Positions 17,904-27,346 of a stretch of 64,000 nt of DNA are shown here, in pieces (position 1 is the first letter of the stretch; every line of letters starts with the position of its first letter). The notes beneath the pieces were generated by a model. That model did not search any database. It was not told where the DNA came from and saw only the letters and a program-made list of their open reading frames with translations. The stretch is from a bacterium. Its GTDB lineage: Bacteria > Omnitrophota > Gorgyraeia > Zapsychrales > Zapsychraceae. The position numbers and the translations under genes are program-made. The stretch lies in assembly GCA_030429765.1 (NCBI GenBank), contig JAUIER010000001.1, forward strand, positions 129,302-193,301. The letters are read 5' to 3'.

Positions 17904-20900
17904 ATGGACAGGAAACAAGGATTTATTTCGGGGCTGGAACGGCTGATCGGCATCACATTGTCGGTGATATTTTTGATGACATCTGTCGCTGTTCCGGTAA
18001 CGTCTGGTCATGATCATGAACTTCCCAAACTGGGAACACTTGTCAATCCAACGCCCGCGCATCGTCCGATGCTGTTTCAGGGAATTGAGATCCATCCCAA
18101 CAATCCACTCAAAATAAGTTTTCTATTCGATCCCGGTGAAGAACGGGATTCATCTAATTTTAAAGATCAGGCTGACCGGTTGATCCGGTACTTCCTTGCG
18201 GCGTTGACCGTTCCCAAGTCTGAAATGTGGGTCAATCTTTCGCCATTTGAACAGAACCGGATCATGAGCGAGAATCTCGGTGCCACGGCCATGGGACAGG
18301 ACCTGCTGGCGCAGGATTACCTGCTCAAACAACTCACGTCATCATTACTCCATCCGGATTCTGAATATGGACGTAAGTTTTGGTCCAAAGTTCACGCATT
18401 GGTCTATGAAAAATATGGATCCGTGGACATGCCCGTCGACACCTACAACAAGGTATGGATTGTCCCGGAATCGGCCGACGTGGTCGAACACGAGACCGGG
18501 GCCCGTATCCGCGACGGACAACTGAACGTGATGTTGGAGCGGGATTACATTGCGATGACACGCGGACAAACGACTGTTTCAAATGTGACCGAGGAGCAGC
18601 TGGAGTCGGGACATAACATTCAGCAGGAAGCCCTGCGTGAGATCATCATTCCGGCTATTAAACGCGAGGTCAATGAAGGGCAGACCTTCGCGCCGCTGCG
18701 GCAAATGTTTCATGCGATGATCCTGGCGACGTGGTACAAACGATCATTGTCCCGGAGTTTGTTGGGACAGCAATACGCGGACCAAAACAGAGTGGCTGAT
18801 TTGTCCAGCGGTACGTCCAATCAAACCCGGCAGATCTACGAGCAATATGTCGCGTCCTACCGTCGCGGGGTGTACAACTTTGTGCGTGAGGACTATCACA
18901 CGTCAACCGATTCGACCGTCACACGTCAGTACTTTTCCGGCGGCATTTCCACGGATAAACTTGAGCTAAAGGTCGCCGCGGATCGGCAGCGTTATGTCGA
19001 GACCGATCTGGCGATGGTGAGTGTATATCTGAACGATGGATCACCGTTCAGTCAGGCCATGCTGTCCCGTGAAGATCGACTGGCTGAGTCATTACGGCTC
19101 CGGCACGAATCGATGGGTGAGCTCAAAGAGGCCTTTGGTCGTTTTTTCCCGCATATTGACTTTGGTTCAATGGGAATTTTTCAGGGATTTGTGGAATCAT
19201 TTTTTATCCCTTGGTCGGAAGGATATCGTCAGGCTGAACGTCAGATTCGGGACAGCCTGGTCGCGCCCTATCTCTCCCAGATCGAGGCAATGGGAGAGGT
19301 CAGTTCGGCCATGGCCTTTATGAACCCGATGTGGGGGATGCAGCAACAGATCTGGCGGCCGATCACCGAGCAGGCCCGCAAGATGCGTAAGACGATTGAC
19401 TACGTCAAGTCCATCGAAAACGAGACGCCGGAGTCATTCTCGCCGGGGACAACGATCTTGAGGGTGCCGGGACTTTTCTATCTAACAAAGATCGAATCCC
19501 TGGAAGGGCAGACGGTTAATCCCGATTTACCGCCCGCGCTGATCATCACACCGCATTCCGGTCATGACGGTCGGTCATTGGCCGATTACACCAATAAGGA
19601 CCGGACCGGTTCCAACAGTCTGGCCCAGACATTCAAAAATAGAGGGTATGAAACGTATATTCTGGTGTGGGAAAGTTCACGTGAGCTGCTCGACATTGGA
19701 GACTTACAGGAAGCTGTGCATCTGAGCGTCCGGACGATCGGTCAGAAGGTTGTGATTGGCGGATTATGCCACGGAGGGGCCGTCGGCGCCCATTATATGG
19801 GTGTGATGCCGGACAATGTGGCGGGATTGATCCTCGCCGGGGCGCCGGTCAATACGCATGTCGGGGACAACGATGTCACACAGGCCGCGCAGATGGATAT
19901 GTCGATATACAACTGGTTGCAGTTTGGTCATGGCGTGCCGGATGTGTATCCCGGCCTGGCGCAATTGCATGCCTTTAAGCATCTGGGCTTCAACGGCGGA
20001 TATGATAAACGCGTGACGGCGTGGAAGCGCTTGGTGGAAAATATCGATGACATTGATTATGTGGAGCGTGACCGGATTTTCCGCATCTGGTTTGAAAATG
20101 TCAACAATATCGGTTATTTCGTTGACTGGATTGACCAGGTCTTTAAACGCAATCGATTTGTCTTTGGAGATTTAACATTCCGTTTGGGGCAGAAAAAGTT
20201 TCGTTCGAGTCCGGCTAATTTCCGGCCGGATGTCCCGATCGCCACGATCGAAGGGGCCGCGGATGATATCACGCCGCCGCCGACGATCACCATTGACGAA
20301 ATGGCTGAAGTGTCCGATGATCCGCAAGGTCTTTGGGCGTTTCTGACGCATGGTATTGTCAGCCGCGAACGTCTGGGGGATCAGGAACTCGATGGACAAC
20401 CGCTATTTGATTATCTGTCCGACAATGGATATATCGATATCCGCCAGACCGGTGATGTTAATTACGGCTATGTGAACCAGTCCCGGCTGGTGCCGGCGCT
20501 CAATGAGTACGCGAAAAAGCTCAATGCCTTTCGGTTTGCCGTCGGTGATTTTCAAGACCGGGATGATACGGCCGAGTCAGTTCTGCCGAAGATTCAGCTT
20601 TTAATTGACGCGGTCGCGGCACAATCCGGCCTTCCGGAATTCAGCGCCACACACTATGCCGAGGCACTGCGTTGGCTCAACGCGGATATTTCCTTGTATG
20701 GAGTGCTGGATCGAGATGAGCTGCGGAATTTGGACGGGCAACTGGTTGAGGCTATCGAGTCTGAATTATCCGCGCCGTTGGACCAATTGGATAACGAGCA
20801 GTTGACGGCGTTGAATCAGACTTTCGAGGGTATCAAACTCAAACGGCTGATCGCGATGCAGGTGTTTCCCGAGGCGGCTCCGGATACCGTTCGCCGCGCG

Positions 20901-21626
20901 GATGCGGAGTATGTCCTGGATATTGGCTACAAGAATTTGAAAATGTTAGAGCGGGCCTGGCATCATCGCCTGTTCTCGGATTCGGATGAAAAGAGCGTCA
21001 ACAGCACACCGGGACAGCTGGCGGTGATGCGGCAACCGTTTGCCGACATGGCCTTTGAGCGTGATTTTGAGCGTTTCCGGTCGATCGACGCTCCGTTTAT
21101 TCGTTATGCAGATCCGGACAAATTGCGTGACTCGTTTGAAAAATTATCGGCGTTGCGCGGACAGAGCTCGGATGTGTTTTCGATTGTTCCCACGGATAAG
21201 GATCTGCAGCAATTGAAATTGGTTCATGGCGGCCACATCGGGATCTACAACGGAAGCCGTTCCCAGCGGGCCTGGCGGGATATCCTCGCGATCTTTGAGC
21301 GGCAATGGAAGGATCAGGGGCGCAGCGGATTTAAGCTGCCGGAAGACGACGATCTGATTTTGGCCGTCGAGGACAAGGTGGTCTATTTTGACGAGGCCAT
21401 GCTAACAGAGCGGGATAGGCCGGCGGAGGTTTCCTCGGAAAAGGTAGGGGGGATCGACTTCAATTCAGATTTTATGCAGATGAATATCAGTCGCGAAGAC
21501 TCCGGTGTCATCATCCCGCGCTTCAACGGTCCCACACCGGCCATCGACTTCGATCATTTGTCACCTGTCATCCTCAATTTGACCGCTGCCGAAATGCCGC
21601 TCTCAAATCCGACAAATCGTCCATAG
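17904..21626 (+). CDS. large secreted protein of unrecognised family, paralog B (1240 aa), with internal alpha/beta-hydrolase-like segment
   Basis: Signal/TM at N-terminus; N-terminal 400 aa collinear with paralog A; central segment YILVWESS...VIGGLCHGGAVGAHYMG...AGAPVNTH resembles an alpha/beta-hydrolase nucleophile elbow (G-x-C-x-G); C-terminal GGIDFN block shared with paralog A. Confidence 0.65.
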   Translation: MDRKQGFISGLERLIGITLSVIFLMTSVAVPVTSGHDHELPKLGTLVNPTPAHRPMLFQGIEIHPNNPLKISFLFDPGEERDSSNFKDQADRLIRYFLAALTVPKSEMWVNLSPFEQNRIMSENLGATAMGQDLLAQDYLLKQLTSSLLHPDSEYGRKFWSKVHALVYEKYGSVDMPVDTYNKVWIVPESADVVEHETGARIRDGQLNVMLERDYIAMTRGQTTVSNVTEEQLESGHNIQQEALREIIIPAIKREVNEGQTFAPLRQMFHAMILATWYKRSLSRSLLGQQYADQNRVADLSSGTSNQTRQIYEQYVASYRRGVYNFVREDYHTSTDSTVTRQYFSGGISTDKLELKVAADRQRYVETDLAMVSVYLNDGSPFSQAMLSREDRLAESLRLRHESMGELKEAFGRFFPHIDFGSMGIFQGFVESFFIPWSEGYRQAERQIRDSLVAPYLSQIEAMGEVSSAMAFMNPMWGMQQQIWRPITEQARKMRKTIDYVKSIENETPESFSPGTTILRVPGLFYLTKIESLEGQTVNPDLPPALIITPHSGHDGRSLADYTNKDRTGSNSLAQTFKNRGYETYILVWESSRELLDIGDLQEAVHLSVRTIGQKVVIGGLCHGGAVGAHYMGVMPDNVAGLILAGAPVNTHVGDNDVTQAAQMDMSIYNWLQFGHGVPDVYPGLAQLHAFKHLGFNGGYDKRVTAWKRLVENIDDIDYVERDRIFRIWFENVNNIGYFVDWIDQVFKRNRFVFGDLTFRLGQKKFRSSPANFRPDVPIATIEGAADDITPPPTITIDEMAEVSDDPQGLWAFLTHGIVSRERLGDQELDGQPLFDYLSDNGYIDIRQTGDVNYGYVNQSRLVPALNEYAKKLNAFRFAVGDFQDRDDTAESVLPKIQLLIDAVAAQSGLPEFSATHYAEALRWLNADISLYGVLDRDELRNLDGQLVEAIESELSAPLDQLDNEQLTALNQTFEGIKLKRLIAMQVFPEAAPDTVRRADAEYVLDIGYKNLKMLERAWHHRLFSDSDEKSVNSTPGQLAVMRQPFADMAFERDFERFRSIDAPFIRYADPDKLRDSFEKLSALRGQSSDVFSIVPTDKDLQQLKLVHGGHIGIYNGSRSQRAWRDILAIFERQWKDQGRSGFKLPEDDDLILAVEDKVVYFDEAMLTERDRPAEVSSEKVGGIDFNSDFMQMNISREDSGVIIPRFNGPTPAIDFDHLSPVILNLTAAEMPLSNPTNRP

Positions 21627-21692
21627 CGTCGGGCTCAATTCGACAATCCTCATTTTATAGTTTATACTAGAAGTACGTTTAAAAATTCTAAA

Positions 21693-22295
21693 ATGAGGTT
21701 GCGTATGGAGCTGAGATCACAAATAGCGTTTGTCGTCATGATCGTTTGTGGTAGCTCTTTATCTCCGGCCGAAGCCAACCCGATTTCCAGACATTTTAAA
21801 TTTCCCTCCACCGCGGTAGTTCACAAACAATTCAATTTTCATGTCGTTGCGCCGGGCGTGTGGCGTTCGGGGGCCACGAACAAACGGACCATCAAACGCA
21901 TGCAGCAGCATGGTCTGAAGACGATTGTCAATTTTAAGCGCAATGAGTTTTATCACCGCAAAGAGCGCCGCACGGCGCAGAAATTGGGGATTCAGTACTA
22001 CCATTATCCGATGGATCCCAAAGCTGAGCCGAATGAACAAGTGCTTAACGAAATCCTAGATGTGATCAGCAATCCCGCCAACCAACCGGTGCTCATCCAC
22101 TGTCAATCCGGGAAAGACCGGACAGGATTGATCGCGGCGCTGTACAAACTCAAATATACCGATGTGGCATTTGAGGCCGCTTATCAGGAAATGCTGATGT
22201 ACGGCTACAATGAAAAGCGGTATCCGCAAATCGTTCGGACATTACGCTCCTGGGCTGAAAGTCGTATTGTTGAAACAGCCATGATTTTTGAGTAG
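21693..22295 (+). CDS. secreted protein-tyrosine/dual-specificity phosphatase-like protein
   Basis: signal peptide; P-loop HCQSGKDRTG (CX5R) with upstream general-acid region. Confidence 0.7.
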   Translation: MRLRMELRSQIAFVVMIVCGSSLSPAEANPISRHFKFPSTAVVHKQFNFHVVAPGVWRSGATNKRTIKRMQQHGLKTIVNFKRNEFYHRKERRTAQKLGIQYYHYPMDPKAEPNEQVLNEILDVISNPANQPVLIHCQSGKDRTGLIAALYKLKYTDVAFEAAYQEMLMYGYNEKRYPQIVRTLRSWAESRIVETAMIFE

Positions 22296-22466
22296 ATTGC
22301 CCTCCAAATTCCGTATTTAAGGTCCAAAATTATCTCTCAACAGCGACGATCTCCCTATTCTATCCCAGTCCTGGACAGTCCAATTGTGTCATGTTGACGA
22401 AAAATGTATCTGATCCATAATGGATGTACTGACATCAATGCATAATACATCTACAGGAGAAGAACA

Positions 22467-22769
22467 TTGCGTACACAAGACAAACTATTCCGGATAAGGC
22501 TCAGAAACTTTGTATTTACGATGATTTTGTTCAGCAGTATTTTTTTATTTCCCGTGTATATGACCTACGCGCGTATGGTGTGCACGACATACAACGGCAC
22601 CCGAACATGCGAATCACAGGACAACCGAACATTGAAGTTTAAAATGCTCAAGTGTATGGACGAGGGCTATTCCCGTTCTGAATGTATTGAACGGGCCAAG
22701 TCGGAGGCCTTTGAGTTGTCCAAAAAACTTGAAGAGGTTGTCACGATTACCTTCGTTGAAGAAGAATAA
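22467..22769 (+). CDS. small hypothetical secreted/membrane protein (TTG start)
   Basis: GGAGAAG Shine-Dalgarno 6 nt upstream of TTG; hydrophobic N-terminus, 6 Cys. Confidence 0.3.
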   Translation: MRTQDKLFRIRLRNFVFTMILFSSIFLFPVYMTYARMVCTTYNGTRTCESQDNRTLKFKMLKCMDEGYSRSECIERAKSEAFELSKKLEEVVTITFVEEE

Positions 22770-22796
22770 TCACGGGATTAGATCATACACAAAATT

Positions 22797-22831
22797 CAAA
22801 AGGCGTTTCACTTTGGTGAAGCGCCTTTTTT
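22797..22831 (+). terminator. Rho-independent terminator, near-identical to the one at 1722-1756
   Basis: AAAAGGCGTTTCAC-TTTG-GTGAAGCGCC + TTTTTTT. Confidence 0.5.
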
Positions 22832-22846
22832 TGATTTAATTGTCCA

Positions 22847-23674
22847 ATGCGGACCGATGGGGATATAATAGGGATCATGAGAAGATTAGGATTTTTTTTA
22901 TTTTGTTTGTGTGTCGCGATGCCGGTCACGGCCGAGACTACCACCGAGCGCGAAGCATTTCTCAAGCATGATCACGTGCTATGGTTTGATGGGTTGGACG
23001 ACGTCGTCACCGTTGGTAAATTTAAACCTATTTATGAGAACTCGGTTGAGTTATGGGTCCGGCCGGAGATCGAAAAATCCGGATCTTTATTTGCAAATGG
23101 CGGGGGGCCAAGAGCGGTTTGTGGGTCCGGGGTTCATTTTGCCGTCGGAGGGAAAAAAAGTTGTTATGATGTAAATCCGGATAAGTGCGGTACGGATAAC
23201 AAGGTCTGCTATTTTGGTAATTTAGCGGGCGAATGGGTGCATATTGCGGGAACCTACAACGGGTACACGTCCAGTATTTATGTGAACGGCGAATTCGTAA
23301 ATGCTGTCGAGGGAGTTAAGTTTGACACCCGCGATTGGTTAACGATAGGAAATTTGCGCTTCTACAACGGACACAATCATCCCTTTGGCGGTCAAATACT
23401 GGAAATTCGTGTATGGGATTTCGCATTACCGGCGGAACGTCTGAAAAAAGATATGTACAAACGACCCGATCCGAAAAGTGATGGGCTGGTGGCCTATTGG
23501 CGATTTGATCAAGGGGAAGGTCAGACGATTCTGAATCAAGTGAATAACAAGTACGCCGCTGTTTTGGGTATGACCGCCGATCAGGAATTTATCGATCCGA
23601 CCTGGATCAAGGTCACAGATCCTGCTGTCGAGCAATCCCAATTTAATGCCGATAGCCAATACCTGGAGTATTGA
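22847..23674 (+). CDS. secreted LamG / concanavalin A-like lectin domain protein
   Basis: signal peptide; LamG-3-like pattern (WVHIAGTYNG...SIYVNGEFV...LTIGN, W-rich beta-sandwich). Confidence 0.55.
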   Translation: MRTDGDIIGIMRRLGFFLFCLCVAMPVTAETTTEREAFLKHDHVLWFDGLDDVVTVGKFKPIYENSVELWVRPEIEKSGSLFANGGGPRAVCGSGVHFAVGGKKSCYDVNPDKCGTDNKVCYFGNLAGEWVHIAGTYNGYTSSIYVNGEFVNAVEGVKFDTRDWLTIGNLRFYNGHNHPFGGQILEIRVWDFALPAERLKKDMYKRPDPKSDGLVAYWRFDQGEGQTILNQVNNKYAAVLGMTADQEFIDPTWIKVTDPAVEQSQFNADSQYLEY

Positions 23675-23724
23675 GAACAGACTCCCAAAATAAAACACGT
23701 ATTACTTGGAATTAAAATTGATTT

Positions 23725-24666
23725 ATGGCAAAACGGGTTATTCAGGTCAAAAAACAAATACAGCGTGAGTCGTCGAACCAGACGCTCAGAATCCTGCGGC
23801 TGGCCTTTCGGGTGATTCCCCGCTGGATAATCTACCCGATCATGCATGTCCTATTTTTTATTGCCTCACACACCACTGAGAAGTTGCAGAGAATTTGCCG
23901 CAATAATCTGCGATTTGTGTATGGTTCGGCCAAGTCTGACGGGGAGTACAAACAGATGGGGAGGACCTGTCTGAAGAATATCGGCTACAGTATGCTCGAC
24001 CTGCTGTATTACGTTGAGCGTCCCCGGAAACTGGAAAAAAAAGTGGTGATGCATGGAGAAACTCATCTGCAGGATGTACTGGAGAACGGACGCGGGGCGC
24101 TCTGTATATCCGGACATCTCGGTAATTTTCCACTTTTATTCGTGGCGCTGATCTTACGGGGGTACAAGGTTAATGTGATTATCCGGCCGATGCGTAATCG
24201 AGGGTTCAGCCGCTTTATGTTCTCGCTTTGCGACGTGTGGGGGATCAATATGATTCAGACACAACCACGTAAAAATTTTCTGCGTGAAACCCTTCGCAGT
24301 CTTAAGCGCAATGAGTTGCTGTTCATTCTCTTTGACGAGATTCCAAATGATGAGGGTGTTGATGTCGAGTTTTTCGGCCAGACTGTTCAACGGGCGCGGG
24401 GACCGGTGATGTTTCACGAAAGGACCGGAGCGGCTATGGTGAATGTCTTTACGCACAAAGATACCCAGGGTATGTTTCACATCAATATCGAGCCGGCCAT
24501 CAAATCCGCTCTGGCTCCCGGCACAGCTGAATTTGAATCTGACATTATTCGTCAATTGACCCGATCGATTGAAGATCAGATCCGCCGTCATCCCGAACAA
24601 TGGGGCGGATGGTTCAACAAACGCTGGCAGACCCGCCAGGCAGATCCCGCCCAAGCTTCCCGATAA
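23725..24666 (+). CDS. lipid A biosynthesis (Kdo)-lipid IVA acyltransferase family (LpxL/HtrB-like lysophospholipid acyltransferase)
   Basis: 313 aa; acyltransferase H(X)4-type motif ISGHLGNFPL; overall size and order match LPLAT/LpxL family. Confidence 0.6.
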   Translation: MAKRVIQVKKQIQRESSNQTLRILRLAFRVIPRWIIYPIMHVLFFIASHTTEKLQRICRNNLRFVYGSAKSDGEYKQMGRTCLKNIGYSMLDLLYYVERPRKLEKKVVMHGETHLQDVLENGRGALCISGHLGNFPLLFVALILRGYKVNVIIRPMRNRGFSRFMFSLCDVWGINMIQTQPRKNFLRETLRSLKRNELLFILFDEIPNDEGVDVEFFGQTVQRARGPVMFHERTGAAMVNVFTHKDTQGMFHINIEPAIKSALAPGTAEFESDIIRQLTRSIEDQIRRHPEQWGGWFNKRWQTRQADPAQASR

Positions 24667-24841
24667 GAGTCCATTCAAAAATCTTGAGTCTTTATTGTAT
24701 TGCCCTGTAATCAATGCTAAGCTGTCATCAACTGCATTAAATTTCAGGCGCGTTTATCAATACTTGTGCACATCCGTGTTCCGACTGACTTGCGATAAGT
24801 CCTAGATCCAATCGAATTCTCTACCGAAATGGGAGGAAGTT

Positions 24842-27280
24842 ATGAAGAAATTATTGATGGCCATGTTGATTGTCGCCGTGAGTTCGACGACTGTCCTGGC
24901 TTCCAGTCACCGGGAGGCTCCGGAAATAACCAAGAGACCTCAGATTGACGGAACAGATTTTTATATGTTTCGCAGCTATGAGCCCGGTCGCGACAACTAC
25001 ATCACATTAATCGCGAACTATAATCCGCTGCAGGATCCCTACGGCGGTCCAAACTATTTTCCGCTGGATGAAGAGGCCGTATATGACATTCACATCAGCA
25101 ATGATGGCGATGCCAAGGAGGACATCACCTTCAGGTTTCGCTTTGATCAGGAATTCAAGAACATCGGATTGGATGTCGGTGACGGATCCGGCGCAATCAA
25201 CGTTCCAATTCCGCTGATGAACGCGGGAATCATCGGTCCGGATAATGAAAGCGCGCTGAATGTGGTTCGACAATACCAAGTCCAATATATCGAAGGCGAT
25301 TCGACGCGCGGCATTCACTACGAAGTCCGCCGAAGCAGTCAATTGCTGAAGAACGCGTTTGATCACGATACCGTGTTCAAGATGCCGTTCGATAATATCG
25401 GGAATAAATCAATTCCAGATTATGAAACTTACGCCAATTCTTTCATTCATGACGTGGAGATTCCGGAGTGCGGTATGCCCGGGCGCGTATTTGTTGGGCA
25501 ACGCAAGGAATCCTTCGCTGTCAATCTAGGCGAAATCTTTGATTTGGTTAATGTGTCCAATCCGTTAGGCGCAACGGATGCTGAAGAATCAGATACGGCG
25601 GACAAGAACATTACAACCATCGCGCTGGAAGTTCCCATCGCCTGTTTAACGCAGGACAGCGGTGAAGTCATCGCGGGATGGACCACGGCGAGCAAGCAGA
25701 AGATCCGGACGTTCCGGACATTGCCCCGCGATCTCGGGCTAGACCATGAATTGGGACCGTTGGTTCAGGTGTCCCGTTTGGGAAATCCGCTGGTCAATGA
25801 AGTCGTGATCGGGTTGCCGGATAAAGACAAGTTTAACGCCAGTCATCCGACGGAGGATGATCAGTTTGCCTACTATGTCACGCACCCGACGTTGCCGGAA
25901 CTGCTGGAAATTTTATTCGGGGATGCCGGTGTGCAGGCGCCTAATTTTTTCCCACGGGCTGATTTGGTTCAGATCTTTCTAACCGGAGTCTCCGGATTAA
26001 ATCAGGACGGCTCTTACGCCGAGATTATGCGATTGAATACAACCATTCCGCCGGTAGCGAAATCACAGCAGAATAGCCTGGGCGTGCTTGGCGGTGATAA
26101 TGCGGGATATCCCAATGGTCGACGACCTGGAGATGATGTTGTAGATATTTCGCTCCGGGCTGTGATGGGGGTGCTGTTGGATCCGATGGTGGCCCCGTCA
26201 AGCCAATTACCGTTTACGGACGGGACGGCTCAGTCGGCGGAGATGTTTGACGATACATTTCCGTACCTGCTGGCACCGATACCGGGATCGCCCAATGACA
26301 CGCCGCAGGCTGGAGGGCAGCAGGCGCAAAGTCCGGTTCAAGAGGAGGGCAATCAATCCGACGCCCCGTCGGCTCCAATCGTTGATGACGTCGAGGACGA
26401 TCTGATTGAGGATGAACAATCCGACGATGAATTAGTCGAAGAAGATTCCGCGATCGAGGAAGAAGATGCGGAAGACAATTCGGCTGACGATACATCGGAA
26501 GCCACCGAGGAAGAGTCTGAAGGTTCTGAGCAAAATTCAGAGGAAGACGAGGAATCAGAGGGTACATCCGATGAAGATGTCCTGCTGAGCGATGATGCAG
26601 AGGAATCGGTGGACGAGGAAGACGTGACGGAGGAGTCATCGGAAGATCAAGCGGAGGAAACGGATTCTGAAGACGTCACGGACGAATCGGATGGGATGAC
26701 TGCCCCGACGCAAGAGGATGAGCCTGTTGAGGGTGGCGACGATCAACCCGATTCTATCCTGGTTTCAGATGATTCGGAAGAATTAGAGGAATCTGAAGAG
26801 GAAATTAACCCGGTTCAAGGAGAGGAAGATGCTTCAAATGATGATGACGGTTCATTCGATTCTGGAGCGGCGGATCAGCCTGATTTGGAGTTGGATGACG
26901 AAGAAGTCACCGAAGAATCAAATGAAGAAGGTCTAATCGATGAACAGTCCGATGAAGAGCAGGCCGAATCCGGTGAAGAATCCTCAGATGACGAAAATCA
27001 AGCAGGATCGGATGATGAATCCATCGAGTTAGAGTCGGAAAGCGAAGAAGATCTGTCTGAAGGCGAGGAACTCGAGCCGACAGATGAAGTCCTGGATAGC
27101 GGAAACACCGAGCCGGTGCAGCCATCGTCGGGTTCCGTATTGGTCTCCGACGATAACAGTGAATCTGAGGAAGAGCAAATGGAATCAGATGAGCCGCTGG
27201 ATACGGGTTCTCCTGAAGGCGAGGACGATGTCTCGGTGCCTGGATCGATTCTTGTTCCAGATGCTCCATTCGATGAATAA
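24842..27280 (+). CDS. DUF4331-family secreted protein fused to a roughly 330-aa poly-acidic C-terminal tail
   Basis: signal peptide then SSHREAPEITKRPQIDGTDFYMF, the characteristic DUF4331 N-terminus; C-terminal third is almost only D/E/S/G/T. Confidence 0.6.
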   Translation: MKKLLMAMLIVAVSSTTVLASSHREAPEITKRPQIDGTDFYMFRSYEPGRDNYITLIANYNPLQDPYGGPNYFPLDEEAVYDIHISNDGDAKEDITFRFRFDQEFKNIGLDVGDGSGAINVPIPLMNAGIIGPDNESALNVVRQYQVQYIEGDSTRGIHYEVRRSSQLLKNAFDHDTVFKMPFDNIGNKSIPDYETYANSFIHDVEIPECGMPGRVFVGQRKESFAVNLGEIFDLVNVSNPLGATDAEESDTADKNITTIALEVPIACLTQDSGEVIAGWTTASKQKIRTFRTLPRDLGLDHELGPLVQVSRLGNPLVNEVVIGLPDKDKFNASHPTEDDQFAYYVTHPTLPELLEILFGDAGVQAPNFFPRADLVQIFLTGVSGLNQDGSYAEIMRLNTTIPPVAKSQQNSLGVLGGDNAGYPNGRRPGDDVVDISLRAVMGVLLDPMVAPSSQLPFTDGTAQSAEMFDDTFPYLLAPIPGSPNDTPQAGGQQAQSPVQEEGNQSDAPSAPIVDDVEDDLIEDEQSDDELVEEDSAIEEEDAEDNSADDTSEATEEESEGSEQNSEEDEESEGTSDEDVLLSDDAEESVDEEDVTEESSEDQAEETDSEDVTDESDGMTAPTQEDEPVEGGDDQPDSILVSDDSEELEESEEEINPVQGEEDASNDDDGSFDSGAADQPDLELDDEEVTEESNEEGLIDEQSDEEQAESGEESSDDENQAGSDDESIELESESEEDLSEGEELEPTDEVLDSGNTEPVQPSSGSVLVSDDNSESEEEQMESDEPLDTGSPEGEDDVSVPGSILVPDAPFDE
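26294..27277 (+). repeat. low-complexity coding region: degenerate GAA/GAT/GAC/GAG-rich tract encoding the D/E/S-rich tail
   Basis: continuous runs such as EESEGSEQNSEEDEESEGTSDEDVLLSDDAEESVDEEDVTEESSEDQAEETDSEDVTDESDG. Confidence 0.7.
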
Positions 27281-27306
27281 TCAGTCTTAAGCTGTACAAT
27301 TTGAAC

Positions 27307-27341
27307 GGCAGACGGATACGCGTATCTGTCTGCCGTTTTTT
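27307..27341 (+). terminator. Rho-independent terminator after the DUF4331 gene
   Basis: GGCAGACGGATACG/CGTATCTGTCTGCC stem followed by GTTTTTT. Confidence 0.5.
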
Positions 27342-27346
27342 CGTTG

